DNA of 64,000 nt, taken from Octopus vulgaris (Eukaryota). The DNA is taken from assembly GCA_951406725.2 (NCBI GenBank), contig OX597826.1, positions 83,576,001-83,640,000 of the forward strand, in the 5' to 3' direction. A program made the translations under genes and the position numbers. The notes under the pieces are model-generated. The model worked only from the letters and a program-made list of their open reading frames with translations. It did not search any database and was not told where the DNA came from. How positions within the stretch are numbered: position 1 is the first letter of the stretch; every line of letters starts with the position of its first letter. Positions 1-12,498 of the stretch are shown here, piece after piece.

Positions 1-371
1 GCAACCACATGTTCATTTCAAGGAAGGTTCATTTACATTTGGAGGGGGTGGAAGGGGGAGATAGGATTGGGAGGAAGTAGAGAGGGAGGAGAAGGAGGTG
101 GAGTGGTATGTAAGGAGAGGAGGAGGAGGAGGATTAGAAAAAAACACAGCTAAAGTAGGAGAGGAATGAGTGGGAGGAAGACGAGGAGGAGGGAGGGAGG
201 GAAGGTCACATCCACTCCTTCTTCTTTCCCCTATCCCTTCTCTTCAGCAGACACACCACCACCACCACCACCGCCACCGCCACCACCACCATTCCGTTGA
301 AGTGTTTTTCTCTTCGTTTTGGATTCTCAAAATAGAGAGAAACATATAAAGAACATCCGTACGGACACACA

Positions 372-555
372 TGTGTTGGTGTGCTTATGTCCCGATAACT
401 TAGCGGTTCAGCAAAGAGACTGATAGAGTAGGTACCAGGCTTAAAGAAAAAATAAGTACCAGGTTCGATGCATTCAACTGAAAAAATTCTTCAAGGTGGT
501 GCCCCAGTATGGCCACAGTCCAATAACTGCAACAAGACCAAGATATCAGATAAAA
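372..555 (+). mobile_element. SINE 3' fragment (family B)
   Basis: Matches the 3' half (aacttagcggttc...gatagaataagtac...ggtgccccagcatggcc) of the fuller copies at 996-1405 and 51490-51895. Confidence 0.7.
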
Positions 556-684
556 GATACATACATATGCATACAAATACACACACACACACATACACGT
601 ATTCATATTTGCATATATATATACATACATATATATATATATACACATGCTTCTAGCGACTTTCATACATATACACACACATAT

Positions 685-963
685 ATGACTGGCTCCTGTG
701 ACAGTGGCACATAAAAGCACCATCTGAATGTGGTTGGTGCCAGTGCCTCCTGATTGTCCCCCATGCCAGTGGCACATAAAAAAAACACCCACTACACTCT
801 CGGAGTGGTTGGCATTAGGAAGGGCATCCAGTTGTAGAAACCTTGCCAAATCAGACTGGAGCTTGGTGCAGTCCCCACTAGCTAGCCTGTCCTCAGTCAA
901 ACTGTCCAACCCATGCCAGCATGGAAAGTGGATGTTAGACGATGAGGATGATGATGATGATGA
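685..963 (+). mobile_element. RTE-associated tail element (family A) ending in (GAT)n
   Basis: ggcacataaaaa..cacccactacactctcggagtggttggcattaggaagggcatccag...ccaacccatgccagcatggaaa..(gat)n. The same sequence follows the RTE ORF ends at 7984 and 21717. Confidence 0.8.
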
Positions 964-995
964 TATACATATGTACATGCATATACATATATATA

Positions 996-1405
996 TTCTT
1001 TTATTCTTTTACTTGTTTCAGTCATTTCACTGTGGCCATGCTGGAACACTGTCTTTACTCGAGCAAATCAACCCTCAGGACTTATTCTTTGTTAGCCGAG
1101 TACTTATTCTATCAGTCTCTTTTGCCAAATTGCTAAGTTATGGGGACATAAACACACAAGCATCAATTGTCAAGCGATGGCAGTGGGGGACAAACACAGA
1201 CACACAAATACATACATACATACATACATATATATATAAATACAACAGGCTTCTTTCAGTTTCCATCTAACAATTCCACTCACAAGGCTTTTATTGGCCC
1301 AAGGCTATAGTAGAAGACACTTGCCCAAGGTGCCACACAATGGGACTGAACCTGGAAGCATGTGGTTGGGAAGCAAGCTTCCTACCACACAGCCACTCCT
1401 GCACC
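996..1405 (-). mobile_element. Full-length tRNA-derived SINE (family B) with internal microsatellite
   Basis: Minus-strand head gcaggagtggctgtgtggtagg...ccaggttcagtccc has Pol III A/B-box-like motifs, followed by ccttgggcaagtgtctt and a taaaagaa-type tail. Many copies in the window. Confidence 0.8.
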
Positions 1406-1429
1406 TATATATATATATATATATAAATA

Positions 1430-1670
1430 TGGCACGTAAAAAGCAACAACTGATCATGGCCACTACCAGCCTCCCCTGTCACCTGTGCCGGTGGCACATA
1501 AATAGCACCCACTACACTCATGGAGTGGTTGGTGTTAGGAAGGGCATCCAGCTGTAGAAACACTGCCAGATCAGACTGGAACCTGGTGCAGCTTCCTGGC
1601 TTTCCAGACCCCAGTTGAACTGTCCATGCTAGAATGGAGAACGGACGTTAAACGATGATGATGATGATGA
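1430..1670 (+). mobile_element. RTE-associated tail element (family A)
   Basis: Same conserved motif and (GAT)n tail as 685-963. Confidence 0.8.
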
Positions 1671-2714
1671 TATATATATATATATACATACATGTAGATA
1701 TACACCCATATATATATATATACATGCATACACATGTATGTGTGTGTGTGTGTGTGTGTGTGTTGGCATTGGGCTGTCAGTAGTCAAAAGTGAAGCAGAA
1801 ATATTATTTAACTTGAAAACAAATGAAAGTTGGTGACAGCAAAGGCACCTGGCCGTAGACAATATTCTGCAATGAATTTTGTGGCATCTTTAGAAGAATC
1901 TCATAAAATGGACATTAAAACGATGACAATAGTGGCAACAACAATAATGTTGATGACAATGGCGATGACACGATGACAATATAAGCAGTAACATCCATAC
2001 AAGATGTTACATATATAAATGCACACACTCACACATATACAGTCAGATACGCACACACAAACCTTTACATATGTATAATATATACAGGCAGTCATGTACT
2101 CATACATACCAGACACACACACACACACACACACACACACGCCTGTATACACTGATAAACTTCTTTTATATCTGTGTGTGAATATATGAATGTATATATA
2201 TGTGGGTGTAAATATATATATATATATATATCCACAGAAACAGTCACACACTCATATATGGACAGACATATATACGTATAGAGCCATGCAATGTATACAA
2301 ACTGACACACAGTTATACACAGTGACACATACACAAACACCCCGATACACAAATATAGTCTGTCTGTCTGTCTCTCTCTCTCTCATACACATGAATTGTG
2401 TTTAAACTTCACTTCTCAAGTTTCTCTGCTTCTATTATATACTTCTCACCCTTCCCGCCCCCCTCAATATAGACCCCCCCCCCCTCTTGGCAGTGCATTA
2501 CACAACTCCCGTGCCCAAGTCTCAAAACACTCCCCCACCCCCACCCCCGCACGCACATGTTTATGTAGGCCGTAGACGCAAGTGCAACATACTCCAACAC
2601 ATGCAGAGAGAGAGAGGTGCACACACACACACACACACAAACCATTTGTGCATAATGCATGTGCATGTGTCTGGTTTGTGTCTGAATGTGTGTATAACTG
2701 TATATGTGTGTGCA

Positions 2715-2758
<44 letters not shown>

Positions 2759-2768
2759 TACATACATG

Positions 2769-2810
<42 letters not shown>

Positions 2811-2894
2811 TATACATACATATATATATATATAGGCAGGTAAAGTGATATATAGATAGATACATAGAGAGATAGATAGATAGATAGATAGAAT

Positions 2895-2985
2895 TGGCTG
2901 TGTGGTAGGAAGTTTATTGATCAACCAGGTGGTTCCAGGTTCAATCCCAGTTCATAACACCTTGGGCAAGTGTCTTCTCCTACAG
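2895..2985 (+). mobile_element. SINE family B 5' head fragment
   Basis: tggctgtgtggtagg...ggttcaatccc...ccttgggcaagtgtcttct. Confidence 0.65.
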
Positions 2986-4651
2986 TATTGCCCCACTGTG
3001 AGTGGAATAGAAAACTTTGAAAATGGTTATGCTTCATTGTCCCAGACACATGAAACCCCAATCAACACAACAAATGGTTCCTGTCAGTTTGTGGTTCCAA
3101 AGGTTCAAGTTTTGATTTATTCCGGAAAGATGAAAGAAAAAATAAGCGGGAGCCAAAAATATCCACACATCAAATTTTACAATGATAACTGCTGGCATGG
3201 CACGAGTGCCTCTCTTTAAATATTTGAAGCCATTAAAGAAACTGCAAGCCAATGCAGGACGGCAGAAAATGTCAGACATTCATCTATTCATTAGATGTGA
3301 TATTTTCTTGGATGCACATAGAAACGTTTTGAAATATCAGTCAATCTTGCAGAGTGTGGGAAACTCATTGTGTTAGAAATAAAACTTGTTGAGCCAGTTG
3401 GTAGTTGGAATGACCTCAATAAATAGCAATGGGAATGTCTACAGCAATTCAATAATTCAGATCTTTTGTTTTAAAGTGCAAAGCACTGAAACAGAATGTT
3501 AAACTTTGCAGCAAGACACACACTGCACCAACTGGGACCATTGGTTGAAAGACTGACATGTTCTATGCAGGACAATCTTTATGAGCTAACCCATACGCAG
3601 CTGCTCAGACTGAAAAACATTGCAGTGAAGAACTCTTAAATCATGATGCATTATGTAAAAAATGGCAAATTACATTGGCAAAATTATTCAAAACAAAAAA
3701 AAAGGAAATTGATAACTAAAATAGGATTGGTTGTACATTTGCTGAATTGGAGTTGATTTGGGGCTAAATAATACAACAATCCCTTGGTCTAGTTGCTTGG
3801 CTCCTTTCAACCCTAATTGAGCAGATGTACGACCAACAACATTATAACAATGACCATCCCATCTTAAATTTAGGCATAGTGCACCTAGGACTACATTACC
3901 TAATTTATCTTTTGTTTTTAATCTAGTAGTGTATGATTTGAGGGAGATTTAGCTGCTATCTGTAGCAGATCAAATAACCATAAAAATCACTTGCTAAGCC
4001 TCTTATGAGAAGGGTGGTCCCGTGAAACCCAGGTACGACTCATTGACCCATTGACCCATTGAGCCACACAGTTTCCATTTTCCTGGTTCCACTCACAAGG
4101 TTCAGGTGAGCCTGAGTTTACAGCAGAATACACTTCTTCCAGATGACAAGCACTGGAATTGAAACCAGGACCACATCATTGTGAAGAGAACAACTCAGTG
4201 ATGTTGGTGCCCATACTGCAGCACAACTCACATCGTCATCTCACAATACTATATTGCAATTAACAATTCAGCTAATGATACCTTAGGTGATGTAGTTTCT
4301 AACATTAAGGTGGGATGGTTACGGTTGGATTGCTTCTGATCATAGGTCTGCTTGTCCAACGTTGACCTCGGGTAAAACAATAACATTGCAACTCAAATGG
4401 TTGATGTCTTAAAAAACCTTCTTCACAATATTGAAACAAACTCCATGTAAGAGAAACGGCTGGGAGAGAGAGAGGGAGGGGGGAGAAAGACAGAGAGAGG
4501 AACAGAGAAAGAGAGAGAACTAGACAGACAGAGAGAGAGAGAGGGGGGGTAGGAGATAACTGACAGATATATGAATAAACTTAAAGACAGACAGAGAGAC
4601 TGGATAGGTAAACAGATTGTGTGTGTGAGTGGCTATTTCTGCATGTGTGTG

Positions 4652-4689
<38 letters not shown>

Positions 4690-4957
4690 TGTGTGTGTGT
4701 TTATATTTATGTATGTTTATATATTTATATATAGATGTGTACATACATACATCTGTTCCACTGAGGAGGGAGCTGGTTTCCAAGGGAGAGACAAGGCTCC
4801 ATCTTTGGGATGGAGTTAACACAGACAACAAATACAGACATAGAAGTATGTATGTATTCATGCATGTATGCATATATATACATACATACATTCATACACA
4901 TACATATATGTACGCGTGTATGCATGTATGTATGTATGCATATATATATACATACTT

Positions 4958-4991
<34 letters not shown>

Positions 4992-5433
4992 GTATGTATG
5001 TATATACAAAGACATATATCTATATTAGCATAGAAAATGGATGTTAAACGATGATGATGATGATATATATATATAATATACATATATATATTATATATAT
5101 ATGTATGTGTAAATATACACACATATATAGAGAGTGAAACAGGTAGGTAGATAGATATACCATGTGCATGTGCGTAAACATACATGTATGTATGTATACA
5201 CACACACACATATTTATGTATGTATGCACATATATATATATATGTATATAATGGTACACGCAAGCAGAGACAGATGTGTGTTTCAATGTGCAGCATTATT
5301 TTTAGTAACCATGGCATCAAATTCCTTCTGTGGTTTCAGGATGTTACTAAATATAGATACAAACACAACAGATTCTGACATTTATGTCCATTGAAGGTCA
5401 TTGGAACCATGCGGATTAATATCCACAGATATC

Positions 5434-5465
<32 letters not shown>

Positions 5466-6041
5466 TACAGTCACACACAAATGTTCAGATGTGACAATGT
5501 TTAACAAGTTTGATTCAAAGTAACGTAGTTCCAGATTTTGTCCTACAGCATGGAATCTTGAGCAAGTCTCTTCTATAACCTCTGGTTGACTCACATCATG
5601 AAGTGGAATTTAGTGACTAGAAACTGTACTGAAGCCCATCGTACTGCATGTTCAGTCTTGTTTTAATTCAGTCCAATCCTTCAATGGTCGTCGTAGAAAA
5701 AGCTTAGCCAAGAGAATATTAATTGTTTTAATTATTTTTACCTTAAATTTCTGAGGTGTTCTTTGTCAGGTAAGTGACCTGAGACCATTTGTTGAAGCTA
5801 ACACAATTACAGCATTAACGACATATAATTAGCCATTCAAGAACATGCAGGAACTGTTAAATTCTTCACTTAAACATTTATCCCTTGGTGTTCAAATCTT
5901 CATTGCATAAGAACTGCAGCCAAAACATTCCCACGATTCCATTGTATTCAGAACTAAGAATTATTTCTGACAATTTGAATATATGTCAAAAAAAAAGAAA
6001 AGGATAACACATTTGTCAACAAAGACAAATATTTTGTTCAT

Positions 6042-6081
<40 letters not shown>

Positions 6082-6671
6082 TTTATCTTATATCCAAGAA
6101 TTTATTTTCTTCTTCTTTACTTCTCTTTTTCCTTTATGGTGATGGCGTTGGTGACTCTGAAGACCAATTGAAGAGAACGAATGGCATTGGCAGAAATGGT
6201 AATGTTGATGGAGGATGAGGTTGGTTTTGTTGAACCTTTCTCTCCTCTTCTTTGATTTCGTCCTTTCCTCTTCTGGTGATCTCAGAGATTTTAGTTCCTA
6301 TGTCACAGACGAATGAATAAGAAACATATAACAGACATTGATATGTTCACCTCCTTTGTCCGGCCATCAATTTCTACAAAATCTATCAGGATGTTCCTTC
6401 TTGGCAGCTAAATTATGGAGTAAGATGCTATCAGCCTTATATTCTGTCTCCTTCTTCATCGGGTTGCAATGGAGATGAGTCTCATAATGCAGGGACAGGA
6501 ATCTCTGTACCCCATTAGTTTTGGTAAATCCATGATTCCATGTTGTGTGTTGCTGCCAATTGTCAAGTGTTCTTCATCTTCTTCTAGGAGCTGGGAACCA
6601 CTAAAATATAACATCTGATATAGCCTGGTGTTCAGCAAGATTGCGTTGAGGAATAAAAGTAGAGATGTGAA

Positions 6672-6810
6672 GGTGAATGGCTCAGTGGTTAGAGCATCGG
6701 ACTTGCAATCATAAAGTAGTGAGTTCAATTCCTGGACCAGGCTGTGTTATGTTCTGGAGCAAGACATTTTATTTCCCGTTGCTCCAGTTCACTCAGCTGT
6801 AGAAATGAGG
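6672..6810 (+). mobile_element. tRNA-derived SINE head and body fragment
   Basis: A box tggctcagtggttagagc and B box gagttcaattcc, then gagcaagacattttatttc..gctccagttcactcagctgtagaaatgag. The cloverleaf stems are broken. Confidence 0.65.
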
Positions 6811-6929
6811 GGAGCTTTCTAGTTGCTATCCCATGGTCATTCATAACCCAAGGAGGTTCCCCCTTTAATGATGTAGATAAGTAGATTACATCCATAAATC
6901 TTTACTTGGGTGGTCACATCATGAAATGA

Positions 6930-7200
6930 ATTCGAACCCTCTTTTTCATGATTGAGTATTCTGCTCCAGACAGAAGAATTCTCTCTCCATAGATCCTGAA
7001 GAGGGTAACCCTTATTTGACTTTGATATATTTGATTGCCAGGTGTTTAGAGGCATTCTACCAACACTCTGAGTGAGTTCCCTGCATTTAAGGAAGTCCTT
7101 CTTACTGTTAACAACATTGGACCCAAAATATTTCAAGCCACAGACCTTCTTGAGCTGTATGCCATTGTCGGAACGAATTGGTTGGATCTGGTTAACTTTT
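6930..7200 (-). mobile_element. Highly decayed RTE-clade LINE RT C-terminal fragment
   Basis: Translation GIQLKKVCGLKYFGS..SKKDF..WQSNIS resembles the RTE pattern LKxVxxFKYLGS..SxKDF..W.S.IS. Confidence 0.55.
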
Positions 7201-7609
7201 ACTTGCAATGAAAAGGTAACAGAGAGGAATGAAAGAAAGCAGCTCAGTAACATCAATCGAAGTCCATAAGGAATATCGGAAACAACCTCAATTCAGCTCA
7301 AGTCAGACTTAATGAAGCATTTAACGAAGTACCAGAAACACACATTCGGTCCAAAACTGAAGAACTCAATGAGAAACAGTGCTATAGTTAGAAGGGGGAA
7401 GAAGGAGTGGGTGATACATGAATGAATTGCTGAGGAAGCTCGACATGTGCAGATCGGATGTGGAGGCATAGACATTGATAAGGTTTTAGGACCTCCTTTT
7501 TACTCAGATGGACAGGGATTCTTGAGCACAGCAAAGCACCATTCATGTTGATCCTTTGTCATCTTCTCCATGAGGTTCAACAACCTGAGTTGGACGCCAT
7601 TATTCATAT

Positions 7610-8790
7610 CATCATCATTGTTTAACATCCATATTCCATGCTGGTGTGGGTTGGGCGCTTTGACTGAGGTTTGGCAAGCCAGAAGGCTGCACCAGGCTCC
7701 AATCTGACCTGGTAAGATTTCTACAACTGGATGCCCTTCCTAATGCCAACCATTCAGAGAGTGAAGTGGGTGCTTATTACATGCCACCAGCACGGGTGCC
7801 AATCAGGAGGCACGGGTCCCAATCAGGTGGCACGAGTGCCAATCAGGAGGCACTGGCCACAACTAAGATTCCAATTTCACTTGGCTCAACAGGTCTTCTC
7901 AAGCACATCATATTGCTTGACAATTCAAGGATACTTTTAAATGGAGCAGTTATGCAACACTGGTATCAGCCATGGCTGTGATCTTATTTTACTTGCCTGG
8001 TCTTCTCAGTCACAGCATATCTCCAAAGGTCTCTGTCTCTTGCCATTGCCTCTATGAGGCTCAATGTTTGAAGGTCATGCTTTACCACCTCACACCAGGT
8101 CTTCCTGCATCTACCTCTTCCACAGCTTCCTTCCACTATTAGGGTGTAGCACTTCTTCACATAGCTGTCCTCACCTATACGCAACACTTGACCATACCAG
8201 TGCAGTCATCTCTCTTGCACACCATATCTGATGCTTCTCATGTCCAACAATTCTCTCAGGAGGCTTACACACTATCAAACCTGCACACTGACATTACACA
8301 TCCAGTGAAGCATACTGGCTTCATTTCTTTCAAGCCTATGCCTGTCCTTGGCAGTCACAGCCCATGTTTCACTGCCGTGTAGCATGGCTGTTCACACACA
8401 TGCATCATACAGTCTACCTTTCACTCTGAGCGAGAGGCCTTTTGTTGCCAGTGGAGGTAGGAGCTTTCTGAAATTTGCCCAGGCTATTCTTATTCTAGCA
8501 GCTACACTCTCAGAGCATCCACCCCCAATACAGACTTGGTCTCCTAGGTAGTAGAAGCTATCAACTACTTCTAATTTCTCCCACTGGTATGTGATGGAAT
8601 CTGTTTTCTGTACAACTTTGGTGTTTATTGCCCCAGTGTATCTGCCACACACAAAAACTACCTTCCCAGTTAGCTTTCCTTTGATATTGCTTCACCTCTT
8701 GTGTCTCTAGCTTACACCAGGTACAGCTTACAGAGTTTCTACCTATGCCTTTTCTACAGATCCAGCAGGGTCATCTACCTGAAGGGGTCT
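7610..8790 (-). mobile_element. 5'-truncated RTE-clade LINE (Cys/His-finger insert, RT thumb region, 3' tail), pseudogenised
   Basis: PCWICRKGIGRNSVSCTWCKL..HKR..C, then LEVVDSFYYLGD...ARIRIAWANFRKLLP...KGRLYDACV*TAMLHGSETW...GRGRCRKTW...DRDLWR. In-frame stops are present, followed by the family A tail and (GAT)n. Confidence 0.9.
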
Positions 8791-8980
8791 CTGCCTCTCT
8801 TGGGAAGACTCTTTTTCTCTGATGCATTCTCCATATTCCCTAACTTTTTATAGCAGCACTTCTGCGCCTCCCCCTTTCCAGAATTACTAAATGCAAAACC
8901 ACAATCCCAACCATACACGGTTCTTCACACTTACAAAGTCTCAATTCTCTCTGATACATAACTTTGCAATTCAGAACATG

Positions 8981-10476
8981 CCATGCCTCTGGTCCCTGTG
9001 CCTCTGGTCCCCATGCCTCTGGCCCCCGTGCCTCTGGCCCCCATGCCTCTGGTCCCTGTGCCTCTGGTCCCCATGCCTCTGGTCCCCATGCCTCTGGTCC
9101 CCATGCCTCTGGTCCCCATGCCTCTGGCCTCCATGCCTCTGGTCCCCATGCCTCTGGCCCCCATGCCTCTGGCCTCCATGCCTCTGGTCCCCATGCCTCT
9201 GGTCCCCATGCCTCTGGTCCCCATGCCTCTGGCCCCCGTGCCTCTGGACCCCATGCCTCTAGTCCCCATGCCTCTGGCCCCTATGCCTCTGGTCCCCGTG
9301 CCTCTGGTCCCCATGCCTCTGGTCCCTGTGCCTCTGGTCCCCATGCCTCTGGCCCCCGTGCCTCTGGACCCCATGCCTCTGGTCCCTGTGCCTCTGGTCC
9401 CTGTGCCTCTGGTCCCCATGCCTCTGGCCCCCGTGCCTCTGGTCCCCATGCCTCTGGTCCCCATGCCTCTGGTCCCCATGCCTCTGGCCTCCATGCCTCT
9501 GGTCCCCATGCCTCTGGCCTCCATGCCTCTGGTCCCCATGCCTCTGGCCCCCATGCCTCTGGCCTCCATGCCTCTGGTCCCCATGCCTCTGGTCCCCATG
9601 CCTCTGGTCCCCATGCCTCTGGCCCCCGTGCCTCTGGACCCCATGCCTCTGGTCCCCATGCCTCTGGCCCCTATGCCTCTGGTCCCCGTGCCTCTGGTCC
9701 CCATGCCTCTGGTCCCTGTGCCTCTGGTCCCCATGCCTCTGGCCCCCGTGCCTCTGGACCCCATGCCTCTGGTCCCCATGCCTCTGGTCCCCATGCCTCT
9801 GGCCCCCATGCCTCTGGTCCCCATGCCTCTGGCCTCCATGCCTCTGGTCTCCCTGCCTCTGGCCCCCATGCCTCTGGCCTCCATGCCTCTGGTCCCCATG
9901 CCTCTGGCCCCCATGCCTCTGGTCCCCGTGCCTCTGGTCCCCATGCCTCTGGTCCCTGTGCCTCTGGTCCCCATGCCTCTGGCCCCCGTGCCTCTGGTCC
10001 CCGTGCCTCTGGTCCCCATGCCTCTGGTCCCCATGCCTCTGGCCCCCATGCCTCTGGCCTCCATGCCTCTGGTCCCCATGCCTCTGGTCCCCATGCCTCT
10101 GGCCCCCGTGCCTCTGGACCCCATGCCTCTGGTCCCCATGCCTCTGGCCCCTATGCCTCTGGTCCCCATGCCTCTGGTCCCCATGCCTCTGGCCCCCATG
10201 CCTCTGGCCCCCATGCCTCTGGTCCCCATGCCTCTGGTCCCCATGCCTCTGGCCCCCGTGCCTCTGGACCCCATGCCTCTGGCCCCTATGCCTCTGGTCC
10301 CTATGCCTCTGGTCCCCGTGCCTCTGGTCCCCATGCCTCTGGTCCCCATGCCTCTGGCCCCCATGCCTCTGGTCCCCATGCCTCTGGTCCCCATGCCTCT
10401 GGCCCCCATGCCTCTGGTCCCCATGCCTCTGGCCCCCATGCCTCTGGCCTCCATGCCTCTGGTCCCCATGCCTCTG
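8981..10476. repeat. 15-bp minisatellite (ccatgcctctggtcc)n, about 100 units
   Basis: Direct reading. Variants are substitutions only, and the 15-nt phase is kept throughout. Confidence 0.97.
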
Positions 10477-12498
10477 TTCCTAGTTGCTTCATCTCCTTTG
10501 GCTCTGTCCACTTCATTTTTCTATGAAGCCCTCAATCTGGTCAGTGGCAGGAACTTGGCAAGTAGCCAACTTAGTCTGTGGCCCTTAATAAGTTGCCCCA
10601 TTGAAACTTCCAGTTCTCCTCCATGCTACAAATCTCTCTCTCTCTCTCTCTCTCCCCTCCTCCTCTTCTTCTTTCTCCCTTTTATCAGATGCTTCAAAAT
10701 GTATTTCTCTAAATTTCTGACTGTTTCATGGATCTTTAAGCTTCTGTATCTTCCTTTACCAAATTGGTTTTGCCTTTCTGAGTCCTTTTAGCCCCAAGTT
10801 TAAAACCACAAACCACTGACCTATGTTCGGATGGGCATTCTTACTGACCAAAGAAATTTGCTTCTTTTATCATCAACCATCTTATTCTTTTGAGAGAATG
10901 TGTGTGCGTGTATGTGTGTGTGTACATGTGTTTATAGGTGCCTGAGTACACGCACACACACATACACACACAGACAAGCACACACACACATACACACATA
11001 TACATACATACATTGGCACATATATACACATATACATATATAAAAATTTACAGACATAGATATATACAAAGATAAATAGACAGATAGATCCGTATGCACA
11101 GACATGTTTTTTACATGATGTGTAAACATAGTCATACCTCTGTGTGTTAAGAAAATCACCAAAAATGTTTTGCAAAGAAAATAACATCTGTTATAGACCT
11201 TAAAATTTAAGGGAGCTGGCTGTGAGCCCTTTGCTTTCTATTTAAAAAGAATATAGATGCATATATACTTTACATACATACAAATATACATACATATATA
11301 TATGTATATATGTATGTATGCATATCTATATGTGTGTGTATATGTATGTGTATGTTGGTGTGTGTGTGTGTGTGTGTGAGTGTGTGTGTGTAGGGAGTGC
11401 AAAGTGAGAATGGAAGATTCTTGTGGGTTAAAGGCCATTTTGGGGGTATTTAGCATAACGTCAACAAACAAACTTGCTATCTTTGCCAACTCCTCACATA
11501 CCCTGATTTGCAAACCTCATGAAAAGAGAGACCATTCTTGAAAAGTAGCCTTGACTTTAAGGACCTCCCTGCTTCAATTGTTTAAGTGTTTGACTTAGGA
11601 GACTTCAACATTTCATGTTTGATGTCTGTGGAAATGCTTTGAAAGCCCAGAGGCAAATTGCTTTCCAGTGTGTCTGTTTGTCTTTAACAAGCTACAATGA
11701 AAGCAAAGAGAGATTCTGTATGTATTCTTTCGATCTGCTAGAAATAGCAACCACATATCCCACAAATCTCATCCTACTCTCTTAAAAAAAGAGAAGAATA
11801 TATTCACAAATGTTGTCCAAGATACATTCTTCCTGAAAGCAAGATAAATAGTGAAGGTCACTATGCCTTTCATCAAAGTCTGTTGAAAGAGAGCTGATAC
11901 AAGACTAAGCAAAAAAAAAAAGGAATTTTCCTATTGAAGGGCGCCAGAACCATTGCTATCAATAAAGATACCACAAGAAAGCCTTTACCTTGTCTCGACC
12001 TGCTGCAAATAGCAGACAAATCTCCCTCTAATCACCCATTGGGTAATATGTTGTAGTTATAAGAAAAAAACCCCAGCATAGTCATGGCTGGACTGTCTTT
12101 GATCACATCTCTGCTGCTCAGGTTTGACCCGGAGTTAAAAAACAACAACAACAGCAACAGCACTGTCCCCCTGCCCAACACTCATGAATAGCTTACCACA
12201 CTTTCTCATCCGAAACAAACTCTGATAATCAAAGACAATTAAGAGATTCCTGGCCATTATTCCTGGACGTGAAACTTTCATTATTTGACCCTCGTTCCAA
12301 CTGTGACCATTCCATTTACTATTCTGGTTTACTACACTCAGGGTTACTTGTTCTTGTATCTTCATTTATCTTAAAAATATTAATGCCAACATGGAAGAAA
12401 ATTTAACTGCTATTTCTAGCAAGCTGAGTAACTGCATAGAGATACCTTTGAGGATTTGAGAAATATGACTAAGCACCGCATTTCAGAGTCTCTGAATA

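Noticed and set aside
400-5400. Ile/Tyr/His/Thr/Cys/Val-rich ORFs here and throughout the window
   Set aside because: Translations of (TA)n, (CA)n and (TACA)n microsatellites.
6672-6745. Functional tRNA-Cys gene
   Set aside because: The anticodon, T and acceptor stems do not pair, and the sequence runs into a SINE body.
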